Positions 17,899 to 27,938 of a stretch of DNA of 64,000 bases are shown piece by piece. The notes beneath the pieces were generated by a model. That model did not search any database, was not told the origin of the DNA, and saw only the letters and a program-made list of their open reading frames with translations. The translations under genes and the position numbers were made by a program. Positions within the stretch are counted from its first letter, which is position 1. Every line of letters begins with the position of its first letter. Source of the DNA: a virus; the IMG/VR virus record IMGVR_UViG_3300034073_005046, positions 5,860-69,859 of that record; one strand, 5' to 3'.

Positions 17899-20800
17899 TT
17901 AGTTATCCTCTAGCTTCTTAATTCTAGCAGACAACTCCTTGACCGCTTCGATGAGCAGGGGAACAAGGGACTGATAGGACACTTTATACATGTCGGAGGC
18001 CGAATCGTGTAGGACGACTTCGGGCACGATGTCCTTTACTTCCTGGGCGATCAGGCCGAGGTGATCGGTGCCGGGGTCGGCTTTCAACTCATACGACACA
18101 CCACGCAGCTTTTCGACTTTTTCTAGCGATTCGGTCAGCGAAGTCACATTCTGCTTCAACCTAAAATCTGAGAACGCACAGATGTCGGAGGTGGCGGTGA
18201 CTGTGTTGAATGTTACATTGGCGTTGGTAGCCACATTTTGGCCAATCGAGACTTCGTAGGTATTGAAGTCGTCGTCGGGGCTATCAGTACCAGCGTTGTT
18301 TGGGGTCACCTGTACACTGACGCCTTCACCCGCTGTAATGAAGCCGGAGAGGCGGGTATCCAGCTCCTGGGCTAGCTGTAGAGCAGATACGACCACCTTA
18401 TCCGATACGCCTTTCAGACCAATGAGGTTCCGTGCACCTTCGATATCTTGGCGCTTGGCCAACTGAACGAAGCCGGCATATTCCTCTGTGGCATACGACT
18501 TCGCCTTAGTATCCGGCGTAATCGGCCCCGTATTGGATACGATTTCAGTATTTTTGTTTAAGATGATCTGCGTGCCATCGTTCAAGATGATCTTGCTGTC
18601 ATCATTCATCAAGAGAGTGTTCTTGATGATCACATTGTTTAGGACTTGGTTGGTGACGTTACCGGGCTCGGTGTCCGCTTTGAGGGGGATGGAGAACTGT
18701 TCGCCAGAGCGCAAATCGAAGACCGTCGTACCAATATAGTAGCTGCCTTCCTCGTTCATGCCGGTAGCATAGACACGGCCACCATTCTCCTCGACGATAA
18801 TCTTACCGAGAGCGTATTCTGCCTCTAGGGGGTCGCCCTGGAAAGTCGGGAATGCTGTATCGTAGTTTAGATAGCCTGTCCATTCCCAGGTGTGGCCGGA
18901 TGCGCGGATGACGCTGGGTCGGCGCAGGTTGATGAGGATGCCGGGCGTTGTGCTGTTCGACCTAGCCTTAATCACAAAGCGCTCAGTGCCCGGGGCAATC
19001 TCGCCATCGAAATAGATGCCAGGCCGCTCTTTGAGGAGTTCGAGAGCGATTTTGGTGATAGAATCGGCTGGGTCTTCGGTTAGTTCGGGTTCGTCTAGGT
19101 TGATGGAGGGGAATACGTCGGCGGTGAAGACCTGGCGAGCGGTGGACCCATTGGTAAGATAGGTGACAAACTTATCTAGGTCGAGGGGGCTTTGGACACC
19201 AGGCCTGAAGATATCGTTGTACGGGGTGATTTGTGTGATGGTCAGGGGGTCGGATGCCAACGCTGCCGAACCGTTCAACGCCTCACTGGATGCGGCCTCT
19301 TGGCGCTCGAGAACATAGTAAGGCTGAGGCCGACGGACACCGGCGAGAAGCTTATCGAAACCGCTAAGAATTACCCGATACACTCTCTCATCGTTCTTAC
19401 GGGCATCGACGGCGCGGATAATCTTGATCGACGACCGGTCGAAGATGAAGTCGATGTCGGAGATGGCGGTGTTGGGAGCGGTACCGGGGGCGAGCTTAAA
19501 CCTGAAGGCGTAGTCTAGACGCTTGAGTAAATAGCCGTCACCATCGTCATCAGTGGTTTCCTCGACCACATCGCCAGTCCGAACCTTAACGTACCAAGCC
19601 GACTCATTGGTATCCCATTCAAATACTTTAGACCGATCGTCTAGGCTGCTGAAGCCGAGGTTTTGGTTACTCGCCAACTGGATTTCTCCAGTGTATAGGA
19701 TAGAGTTACCGCCCTCATCGAAACCGTTGATATAAATACGGCGGCGGTTCACATAAGTGCTGCCACTAGCGTGGTCATAGGAACCATCAGTCAGTTTTTT
19801 GGTATAGCTGAACTGGCCGAAGGCGGCATTGCTGTAGCTGGGCGGATTATTAAGTGAGAACGGATTCGCCCCATCGGAGTTTTCGAAGTACACCCGAATC
19901 TCAGCAGGTGCAGAGAAGCCGACCGCGTTGGCCAAGACATACGCCTCGGTCTTCTCGTAGTCAATTACCAAGCCCGTATTGATTTCTGTGTCGACGAGGG
20001 TGGGACCCCTATCTTTAAAGCACTTACCATCGTCAATAATATTGCCGAGATTGTCGATCTTACAAGCGTAGCGGAGCGGCAGAGGTGGTATCACCTCACT
20101 CAGCCTCGTTCCACTGTATCCTGGTGCTGTGATACCTTCATCCTGACTAAACGGTTTCTGCTTGTAGCCAATCGACCGCAGAGAAATATCACCGAAGTCG
20201 CTACAGGAGTTGGTGATGGACAGATCGGCACCGGATTCCGATACGAAGTGGTCGCTGTTGCCAATGACAAACACAGATACGATCTGGATCGTCGCATCAT
20301 TGCTGCCTCGCATACCGAAGTGACGGTACTTGAAGGGATCGGGGGTGGAGGTTTTATATTGTTTACCTGACCCCGTCTCTTTGTTGGTGGGAGGATCTTG
20401 GAAATAGGTGGTAGGCAAGTAGCAGTTAGGGTCGGTCTGCAGGCTGACTTGGGTGAAGTTAGCCGTAACCATTGACTTGAAGCCGCCTACGCGACCACCG
20501 TCAGCCCAGAGGCCATTGAGGCCGAAGATAGAGCGGACGGAACAATTGAAGACGTAGGGCGAACTCGACCGGGTCGAGTTGATGTCGGGGAGGGGGAGAA
20601 TCGACCCATCCGTATCGCGGATTCGGGTCGCCCCCGGATAGGCTACCGGTGCGCCGGCGCGGCTGTCACCACCATCAACGAGTAGGCCGGTCTGATTCTC
20701 CTCGATGTCCTGAGAACGATTGGTCTTACTCCCCGCAATAGGCGCTACAATAGTGGTTTCGGCCGGAATCGCTTCGAGACCCTCAGAACCCCATCCATCA

Positions 20801-22881
20801 ATGTCTTTGAAAAGGTTATTGAGTCGACTGTAATATGGAGATTCGCTTCCACTACCATTAATCTCAGCCTGAGATGCGAAAGCGACGGAGGTTACGGTGT
20901 TGTGGCTGCGGGAGTATTGCGGGTTATCGGTGAAAGTGAGGAGGGAGATGTAGGTACCACCAGTAACCTTGAGAATCGCCGTTCTCTCGGTTTGCGGATC
21001 GTTCTGTATCGGAGTTAGCTCGGGCACATACATCGGACGGAGCCGGACCTTACGGAGGTCAGTGCCGTCGATAGAAATACCTCGGGGGACAATTAGTCCC
21101 CCGGTCTGCGGATTCACTGCAGCGAGATTGTCGTAGAACAATTCATCGTTGATTCCGAAGGTCCCCTGGACATATTCGAGCGTGACTACCCAATTTGAAT
21201 TAGAGGCAGATAGCTTTTCGATACGGGCAATGTTGCCTACGCCGCCAGATTGGCTGTAGAGTACGCGGCCGAGGTTTAGGGACCGGGGGGGCTGATTAGA
21301 AACCGGATCGTTAACGTCGATGGTCAAGTGGACTACACGGTCGCCCTGGGCTACACTGCCAACGCTATATCCTGTACTGGTGCGTTGCACGAGACCGGTG
21401 TCTTCGGTCAGGGTGAGGGGAGCAAGGGAGCCGGGGCTATTATCTACATAGTAATCTCCGGGGGCTAGCTCAATCAAGACGCGGTCGTAACGGTCATTGG
21501 CTTGTCCACTCCGCCTCGATTCTCTTACCGCCTCTATCAACGCGCGTTCGAGGGTACGGAAGGGTCGGTTTGCCTCGATGCCAGCGTTACCAACCGAATC
21601 ATCACCAATGGTGGGGTCGACGTAGATGGTGTTACGGGTTACCGAGGCGACGGAAGAAGACCCTTCTCTCGCGCAGCGAGGGGCGTCACCTACACTAATC
21701 AGGCCGCCGGTTCCATTCGCATACAACGCGACGGTGGTGTCGTAGACCCTGTAGCATTTACCTAGCGTCGGGTCGGACTGTGACGGTTCGAAGCTGTATA
21801 CGCCTGCGCTGGGCTCGGGATACCGGGCCGGCAACGCCGCACCGTCAGGACATTCAGTGGCTGTACGGTCACCGATGTACTCGCGTCCGCCACAAGATAG
21901 AAATGTACCTAGGACCGGGTTACACTCAGATCCAGGTGCCTCTTCGAATTTCCATTGGCCGGTAGCCGAGTGATAGAACAGCTCGAGGTGGGCGTCGCGG
22001 ATGTTGACAATCCAGTCATCGGATGAATTGTTTAACAGCTCTGTGCTAATGGAATTGGTACGGAGGATTAGTGGGAACCGATCAAACGTGCCAGAGATAT
22101 CCACAACCGCGAAGCGATCGGAGTCACTAGGAGATTCGGGTAAAGTTACAATAATGCTGCCATTACTGGTGTCCGCAATGACGCGGTCCCAAGCCTTTGC
22201 GGTGTAATCAGCAGATTTGATCGGTGTATTGGCGAGATTCTGAGGGTAGGAGTTAAGATTACCAACAAACGTGTTCGGACGCAAATCGATGTAACCCGTA
22301 CCGACTACTTCATTGGTTAAGGGGTCGGTGGCTAGGCCGTCTCCTGTGGAGTTGAGGGTGATTTTAGCGAGGGGGATATGAGCTTCGGTTACACTCGGCA
22401 ATGAATTGCCGATCGAGACGGTCAGTGGATTGGAGCCGTCATCGAGGACGTAGAGGTAGGAGACGCTGTCCGCTCCGCCGAGGATCTGCACGGTCTGACG
22501 AGCCCAGGAGACAGGATTTCCAGTACGGCTGACAAAACTACCCGCCTCGACTGTTACGCCGATGCTACCGGCCCCAGCAGGACGGGTTGCAGGTACGCCA
22601 GGCACAACCACTGACGCAGTCGTTGCGTCCCAGCCGAGGACAATACCATCATGAGCTGTACGCCCTAACGCGGATTCCTGATCGATGCGGGGATCGGCTA
22701 TCTCCCAATCCTTGATTCGGTCGCGTTGTCCGATTTCCCAGCCCGCCTCATCAGAAGTAGTAGGTTGACCGTAGTAATCGGTACGGATATCACCAGTAAA
22801 CTTCGAAGCTTTCTGGATTTCATTCAGATAAGCACTGGATACGGTCTTGCCGTTGCTAAATACGATCTTGTCCACAGACAA
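17899..22881 (-). CDS. Tail fibre/tailspike with C-terminal intramolecular chaperone (peptidase S74)
   Basis: PFRTLERAL and GISIDG.DLRK beta-helix motifs, SPYVFNCSVRS, and C-terminal SDFRLKQN...GLIAQEV...PEVV...VSY..LVPLLIEAVKEL. Confidence 0.85.
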   Translation of the reverse strand: MSVDKIVFSNGKTVSSAYLNEIQKASKFTGDIRTDYYGQPTTSDEAGWEIGQRDRIKDWEIADPRIDQESALGRTAHDGIVLGWDATTASVVVPGVPATRPAGAGSIGVTVEAGSFVSRTGNPVSWARQTVQILGGADSVSYLYVLDDGSNPLTVSIGNSLPSVTEAHIPLAKITLNSTGDGLATDPLTNEVVGTGYIDLRPNTFVGNLNSYPQNLANTPIKSADYTAKAWDRVIADTSNGSIIVTLPESPSDSDRFAVVDISGTFDRFPLILRTNSISTELLNNSSDDWIVNIRDAHLELFYHSATGQWKFEEAPGSECNPVLGTFLSCGGREYIGDRTATECPDGAALPARYPEPSAGVYSFEPSQSDPTLGKCYRVYDTTVALYANGTGGLISVGDAPRCAREGSSSVASVTRNTIYVDPTIGDDSVGNAGIEANRPFRTLERALIEAVRESRRSGQANDRYDRVLIELAPGDYYVDNSPGSLAPLTLTEDTGLVQRTSTGYSVGSVAQGDRVVHLTIDVNDPVSNQPPRSLNLGRVLYSQSGGVGNIARIEKLSASNSNWVVTLEYVQGTFGINDELFYDNLAAVNPQTGGLIVPRGISIDGTDLRKVRLRPMYVPELTPIQNDPQTERTAILKVTGGTYISLLTFTDNPQYSRSHNTVTSVAFASQAEINGSGSESPYYSRLNNLFKDIDGWGSEGLEAIPAETTIVAPIAGSKTNRSQDIEENQTGLLVDGGDSRAGAPVAYPGATRIRDTDGSILPLPDINSTRSSSPYVFNCSVRSIFGLNGLWADGGRVGGFKSMVTANFTQVSLQTDPNCYLPTTYFQDPPTNKETGSGKQYKTSTPDPFKYRHFGMRGSNDATIQIVSVFVIGNSDHFVSESGADLSITNSCSDFGDISLRSIGYKQKPFSQDEGITAPGYSGTRLSEVIPPLPLRYACKIDNLGNIIDDGKCFKDRGPTLVDTEINTGLVIDYEKTEAYVLANAVGFSAPAEIRVYFENSDGANPFSLNNPPSYSNAAFGQFSYTKKLTDGSYDHASGSTYVNRRRIYINGFDEGGNSILYTGEIQLASNQNLGFSSLDDRSKVFEWDTNESAWYVKVRTGDVVEETTDDDGDGYLLKRLDYAFRFKLAPGTAPNTAISDIDFIFDRSSIKIIRAVDARKNDERVYRVILSGFDKLLAGVRRPQPYYVLERQEAASSEALNGSAALASDPLTITQITPYNDIFRPGVQSPLDLDKFVTYLTNGSTARQVFTADVFPSINLDEPELTEDPADSITKIALELLKERPGIYFDGEIAPGTERFVIKARSNSTTPGILINLRRPSVIRASGHTWEWTGYLNYDTAFPTFQGDPLEAEYALGKIIVEENGGRVYATGMNEEGSYYIGTTVFDLRSGEQFSIPLKADTEPGNVTNQVLNNVIIKNTLLMNDDSKIILNDGTQIILNKNTEIVSNTGPITPDTKAKSYATEEYAGFVQLAKRQDIEGARNLIGLKGVSDKVVVSALQLAQELDTRLSGFITAGEGVSVQVTPNNAGTDSPDDDFNTYEVSIGQNVATNANVTFNTVTATSDICAFSDFRLKQNVTSLTESLEKVEKLRGVSYELKADPGTDHLGLIAQEVKDIVPEVVLHDSASDMYKVSYQSLVPLLIEAVKELSARIKKLEDN

Positions 22882-22903
22882 ATAGGATATGTTCTTCTAT
22901 TTG

Positions 22904-22913
22904 GCTTTCAACG
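22904..22913 (-). promoter_or_regulatory. Class L motif CGTTGAAAGC(CAAA)TAG
   Basis: Exact, about 23 bp upstream of the tail fibre start. Confidence 0.75.
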
Positions 22914-22932
22914 AGATTTAGAGATGTGTACG

Positions 22933-23412
22933 TTAACTTTCCTGCCTGTACCACAGGACTCGTCCGAGCCACTTCGGGCTAGGACCAAAGGCGCAAAGTT
23001 CTACCAATACTAATGCTCCGGTCTCCGCATACTCACTCGGACTGACTCCCGCACCCCAATCAACATCGTAGTCGAAGTACGTGGTAAAAGATTGAAGAGG
23101 AGCGCCGACAAAACGCAATAGAATCCGAATCTCTCTGTAGAAGCCGGCTGGCACGTCGTTGGGATTTGGTACAGGTACGGGCAGATTGTCAGGGTTGGTG
23201 ATATCTAGGTCGAGGTAGTTGCCGGCGAAGAGGTTGGCGTTTATGGGCTTGTTGACACAAGATCCGCCCAGCTCGATAGGGTTACCGGAAACATCGGCTA
23301 CCCAGACTCTGCCATCAGCCGTATTGGTAATCAGCTCCCCTTCGACCCCATCACCAATGAACGGCTCTTCGCTTGGTAGCGATGTTGTCAGTGTCTGTAC
23401 CGTAGCTTCCAC
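22933..23412 (-). CDS. Hypothetical virion protein
   Basis: GELITNTADGRVW fibre-type motif. Start placed at the in-frame GTG 23412, downstream of the palindromic motif, rather than 23511, which overlaps the divergent gene. Confidence 0.6.
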   Translation of the reverse strand: MEATVQTLTTSLPSEEPFIGDGVEGELITNTADGRVWVADVSGNPIELGGSCVNKPINANLFAGNYLDLDITNPDNLPVPVPNPNDVPAGFYREIRILLRFVGAPLQSFTTYFDYDVDWGAGVSPSEYAETGALVLVELCAFGPSPKWLGRVLWYRQES

Positions 23413-23439
23413 GATGTGAAATTTTTTCCTGTCTACTGG

Positions 23440-23457
23440 GCTTTCAACGTTGAAAGC
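23440..23457. promoter_or_regulatory. Palindromic bidirectional class L site GCTTTCAACGTTGAAAGC
   Basis: Perfect 18-bp palindrome made of two back-to-back motifs, each followed by N4-TAG, between divergent genes. Confidence 0.8.
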
Positions 23458-23479
23458 AGGGTAGAGAACATCATTTAAG

Positions 23480-24499
23480 TTGTCCACGTATCTCACTGAC
23501 TCCTGGTCCACTGTTACCGGTCTTGCATCCGTCGCTTACGGTTCGCCTGACCGTTACACTGAGGTGGCTAACCAGGTTCGGGCGAAGTCGGTGATGTCGT
23601 TTCTGTCGCCCATCCTGCCCTCAGCGATCGTTGCGGATAAGCTTTCCGTTGACCATCTGACTTCAGCGCTGCAGGCCGAATACGAGGAGGGAGGGGGCTT
23701 TGCCCGGTACGTTGATTCGCAGGGATCGGATATCTCTACCATCGCCACTGACCTCTACGACAAAGTGCTCTCAGCGTACAACGAAATCTCGTCGTACGAA
23801 ACATCTCTCATCGATGCGGTGGAATATGCGGCAGGTGAAATGAACATCGATGCGAGGAGACTGGTCGACACCTTGATTAACTCCACATCCGACCTCGAAT
23901 TGTCCAGCAGAATGGCCGCGAGTGTTCCGTTGGCTAAGCTAGACAAATTGCCTGCTGGTACCCGTATCGAGTTAGACGACAACACTCCGTTGGATAGAGA
24001 TGAGAGGGGTGTGTCGGTCTCCACAGGTTACCTCACTCCCAACCAGTACTTCAGCGATATTGCGTATCCGGGCGCTGGCAGCACCGCAGACGATCTGCCT
24101 AGTTCGATTGTGAGGTCGGTGAGTGAGGGATACAACGGTTATGCAACCCTCCAGCCTCTCGACGACCTGTTGCGGCCTGGTTTAGCAACCCTCCTATCTC
24201 TCGCCGACATCCGAGATGTGAACAATGTCTCCAGGGCCGTGGCTGGCCTGGGCACCCTTGACACACTACGCGATCTCACCGGACTCGGGTCAATGGATCC
24301 GGCCGACCGCGCTATGTACGGTGTTGATGATTTAGCGAGTTTGGTTGTCGAGATGAATGGATATACGGTCTACGATCCTCTTACCGACTCCAGTGGCGAC
24401 TTCATCAACCCCGCTTTGATTCCTGATTACAGCGGTGAGAATGCCGACCCGGGTGGTGGCCTCACACCCTCAACTCGCCCTCGCACCACCCCCTTCTAA
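23480..24499 (+). CDS. Baseplate protein with gpX/LysM-like N-terminus
   Basis: STVTGLASVAYGSPDRYTEVANQ resembles P2 gpX-type N-termini. Directly before baseplate J. Confidence 0.5.
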   Translation: MSTYLTDSWSTVTGLASVAYGSPDRYTEVANQVRAKSVMSFLSPILPSAIVADKLSVDHLTSALQAEYEEGGGFARYVDSQGSDISTIATDLYDKVLSAYNEISSYETSLIDAVEYAAGEMNIDARRLVDTLINSTSDLELSSRMAASVPLAKLDKLPAGTRIELDDNTPLDRDERGVSVSTGYLTPNQYFSDIAYPGAGSTADDLPSSIVRSVSEGYNGYATLQPLDDLLRPGLATLLSLADIRDVNNVSRAVAGLGTLDTLRDLTGLGSMDPADRAMYGVDDLASLVVEMNGYTVYDPLTDSSGDFINPALIPDYSGENADPGGGLTPSTRPRTTPF

Positions 24500-24505
24500 C
24501 TAATC

Positions 24506-25798
24506 ATGGCAACAGAGATATTTGGACCACTACTGCCGCTTCAGCTTGATAGCCGAAATGTCAACGACATCGTTCGGGCGATTCAGTCGAGGATTCATAT
24601 TGAATCAGGAGGTCAACTCACTGACTTCACGCCGGCTTCGCCTTTGGCGGCTATTAGCGAGGGACAGGGATTCGCTCAAGCGGAGTTACTCTACTACCTC
24701 AACTCGTTACCCGAAGCCGTGACCGTGCAGTGGCTGAGGAGTTTAGGTATACAAAGGCGGATAGGCTCCAGAGCGTTGGTCGAGGTGACCTTTTATCGGG
24801 TTCCAGGGTATACCAGGCCCGTAACAATTCCGTCAGGGACGAAAGTCTATGCGACTGGCGGCCAGGTCTACATCACTCTTGATCAGGTTCGGATGACCGA
24901 GGCCAGCGCGACGGTTACTGCTCAATCGGAGAGGTGGGGAAGCGTATACAACATCCCAGCAGGATCGATAGGAGCAGTGGAGAGGAATTTCCTCGGCCTG
25001 GATTCGGTTACTAACAACTCTGCCGCCGAAGGCGGCACGGATCTCGAGACGGTCGAAGAGATGAAGATCAGGGCGTTTGAGCTATTCGGACGCAGAAACC
25101 TTACCTCGAAGGCGGATTTCGAAGCCGAAGTGTCGGCCATCGCTCCGGAAGCCAGCCTCGTACGAGTTCTTTCGTACGAGGAGAGGTTTGGCGAGAATTC
25201 TCGCGGGGTGTTTATCGTGGCCGGAGGCGACAATGGTAGCCCGTTGTCTGTGCCGACGCAACAACAACTCCTGACGTCGTTACGGGACCGGGTACCCCTC
25301 GATGTAAAAGTCTACCTCGCTGAGCCGACAATCATTCCGGTAGAAGTTGTGGTCAATGTGCTTTGGGACCCCAGGGTTACCACGACGTTCACTGATACGT
25401 TGGCGGAGGGACTGAAAACTATCCTCGAGGATATCGTATACCCCTCGGCCATTGGCCTCGGTGGAGAGCTAAGCGGGTCTACGGTGCTTCGGGAAATCCT
25501 GTCCCAGGACTTCGTCGTTGACGTGCCGGTCCTAGATATTAAACAAATGGTGCTGGATCCCGAGGTTACCGGGGCGACGGATGGGATTTGTGGGAGGTTT
25601 GTAGGAATCGAAAATACCGAGACGAACACCTGCGATTATGAGTATAGCCAAATCGTTGCTAGGTCGTCCACCGAGCCACTCCGGGCACCGGATTTGACGA
25701 CGGGATTTAGACTCTACCGCTGTATTGTGTCTCTAACGTCGGTGGTAGATTACAGTACCCTGACCTACACCTACGAGGGGATATATGATCTCGTCTAA
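24506..25798 (+). CDS. Baseplate J-like wedge protein
   Basis: GIQR..GS.A, IPSGT, G..YNIPAGSI, VTN..AAEGG.D.ET.EE.K.RA, LT...DF. Confidence 0.9.
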   Translation: MATEIFGPLLPLQLDSRNVNDIVRAIQSRIHIESGGQLTDFTPASPLAAISEGQGFAQAELLYYLNSLPEAVTVQWLRSLGIQRRIGSRALVEVTFYRVPGYTRPVTIPSGTKVYATGGQVYITLDQVRMTEASATVTAQSERWGSVYNIPAGSIGAVERNFLGLDSVTNNSAAEGGTDLETVEEMKIRAFELFGRRNLTSKADFEAEVSAIAPEASLVRVLSYEERFGENSRGVFIVAGGDNGSPLSVPTQQQLLTSLRDRVPLDVKVYLAEPTIIPVEVVVNVLWDPRVTTTFTDTLAEGLKTILEDIVYPSAIGLGGELSGSTVLREILSQDFVVDVPVLDIKQMVLDPEVTGATDGICGRFVGIENTETNTCDYEYSQIVARSSTEPLRAPDLTTGFRLYRCIVSLTSVVDYSTLTYTYEGIYDLV

Positions 25799-27938
25799 TA
25801 GCACTTGGGATCGGGGTAGTCGAAAGCGCGATGTGTCGCCGGCTTTTTCGCTCGGCAGAGCGAGAGTCACCTATGAGTTTCCGAATCGTCGAAGCAATAA
25901 GATATTTGGCCATAGGCTCGGAAATATCACCTTCCAAGATGGGTTAAGCACCCAGCTCAACGACAGCAGGAACGATCTTATCAACGAGGTGTATGGCGAG
26001 AGGGGTATTGGAGGCTACAGGTATAAGCCTGTATCACATACTTACATCAGACCTACTCTGATCGGGTCTGATCTCATCGTGCTCGGCCACGGTGCTCCGA
26101 GGTCTGGAGGATATGAGAACTGCGTGTTGGTCGGGGCTCAGTGTGCGGATGGGACCGATACACAGTGCGAGGTTGGTAAATGTGAAGTGGGTAGGTTGAG
26201 CCGCGTAAGCGGTACGAAGTGGAGATACGACTCATTGACGGTTCCTGGCCTATACTACTTCGTGTTTGGGACGGAGAGGGTTGAGCTGAAGCCCGTAGTG
26301 CGAGGGAGATTTTCGCTTCCGGCAGGGGCCGGAGTCATCGATGTTATCTATCCCGCCAGCCCTTCCGGCACTATCTACCTCCCCCTCAACACCTACAACG
26401 CTGAGACGTTCACCCGGAGAGTTGTTAGGCAGGTGTTCTCTGGTACCACCGACGACCTCCGACTCATCACCGACTCCGTCGATAACTTCGCCAGAGGTTT
26501 ATTGGGACTAAATAAGGCAGAGGATAAGGTGGAGCAGGAGGTGAAAGATCGGCTCCTGGACCTATTGTACTCGACCACTGACATCTCTTGGCACCCTTCT
26601 CTCTTCGATACGGTTGAGGGAGTATGGACCCAGCGATACGAAGGCATCGATATGACGAACCGGGATTTCGCGTTCCGATGCTACGAGCAGCTCACAACGC
26701 TGTATAATTCTGGACTCCAGATCGCCATGAGTGGCCTGAAGGTGGCGAGAGTTGTGGTTGATCAGGAGATTGGGAGGCCGGTGTATGGAAGATTGCCAGG
26801 GATCTCCGGGGCGTATAACACCGATGAGGAAGATAAGGCGGCGAAATGGTTGACCTCTGGCGCGGACAGCGAGCTATCTGGGTCCAAGACTCTCATCGAC
26901 ACGTTCTACCGTACATTTCTCGATCCGGCTACCTGCTACCCTCTCAACCTCGATTGGATCGCCCAGCATATGGGATTCATTGGGGGGTTGTGGAATCTCG
27001 AGTGGTCAGTGAGAACGAAGCGCACATTGATTGCTAATGCCCATGTAAACAAAATTCCCGAGGGAGGAATGTGGACGAAAAATCCCGAATCAGATACACT
27101 ACGTACCATAGATCTTAGTCGTATAGAACGTATAAAAATAGACTATTACTCTGATCCCTCTTCTACAACTTATATTTATAAGTTCGGAAAGCCAAATTAC
27201 CCTCAAACTCCTTCTGGGTATAGATTTGGGGGGCTTGACTCTCTTTCGATACCTCCTGTATATAGATTTGGAGAGACAGATCCCGATGTTGGTTACAGGT
27301 TCGGGGAGTTGGATACATCTACAGATCCGGATACATACCGGTTTGGTTATAAAGCTAGAGCCGACGGTTTAGGGAATGTACTAACATTGTACAAGTATAG
27401 CTCGAAAGTCTATGATTCTGACTCTAAAACAACCTCTATAGTTCCGACATCAGATCTTGTTGTAGATATGGGCAGATGGCAGGGGATTTTACCCTCTCGT
27501 GGTAGCCTATTGACTCTACTTTTCATGTTTTGGGCTTTTGATATAAAGTCTAATAGCCCAGAAGAGTTAGTCTATGACCCCCGTGACTATACATTTTCCG
27601 TACGAAGCGGCTTAAGGTCAACTGAGATATCTGCACCGATCAACGTCCCTTATATTGTGGACACACTAAAAGTGGGAGACGACACCGATGCGGAGGTGTA
27701 TAATTACCCAAACCAGCTCATCGCAGATACCAGTACGTGTCAGGATGAATTGTCAGCTAATACGACGGTGGTGCGGATGCCTTTCTACTACAACAGAAAT
27801 GGTAGATCTTGGGATGCGGCTCAGAGTATACTGGAAAATTATGCCCCCGAAACCTCCATTAAGCGTATACAATATCCCTATGCTAATGCAGATCTGCTTG
27901 TCTGCGAAGACGTATTTTTTGAGCCCGTTGTTGAATAA
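25785..27938 (+). CDS. Baseplate wedge / P2 gpI-like tail protein
   Basis: FLDPATC...LDWIAQHMG...W.......KR.LI motif, directly after baseplate J. Confidence 0.65.
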   Translation: MISSNSTWDRGSRKRDVSPAFSLGRARVTYEFPNRRSNKIFGHRLGNITFQDGLSTQLNDSRNDLINEVYGERGIGGYRYKPVSHTYIRPTLIGSDLIVLGHGAPRSGGYENCVLVGAQCADGTDTQCEVGKCEVGRLSRVSGTKWRYDSLTVPGLYYFVFGTERVELKPVVRGRFSLPAGAGVIDVIYPASPSGTIYLPLNTYNAETFTRRVVRQVFSGTTDDLRLITDSVDNFARGLLGLNKAEDKVEQEVKDRLLDLLYSTTDISWHPSLFDTVEGVWTQRYEGIDMTNRDFAFRCYEQLTTLYNSGLQIAMSGLKVARVVVDQEIGRPVYGRLPGISGAYNTDEEDKAAKWLTSGADSELSGSKTLIDTFYRTFLDPATCYPLNLDWIAQHMGFIGGLWNLEWSVRTKRTLIANAHVNKIPEGGMWTKNPESDTLRTIDLSRIERIKIDYYSDPSSTTYIYKFGKPNYPQTPSGYRFGGLDSLSIPPVYRFGETDPDVGYRFGELDTSTDPDTYRFGYKARADGLGNVLTLYKYSSKVYDSDSKTTSIVPTSDLVVDMGRWQGILPSRGSLLTLLFMFWAFDIKSNSPEELVYDPRDYTFSVRSGLRSTEISAPINVPYIVDTLKVGDDTDAEVYNYPNQLIADTSTCQDELSANTTVVRMPFYYNRNGRSWDAAQSILENYAPETSIKRIQYPYANADLLVCEDVFFEPVVE

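Noticed and set aside
18080-18088. GTTGAAAGC inside the tail fibre gene
   Set aside because: No leading C, no downstream TAG, and about 185 bp from the next start. Probably coding coincidence.
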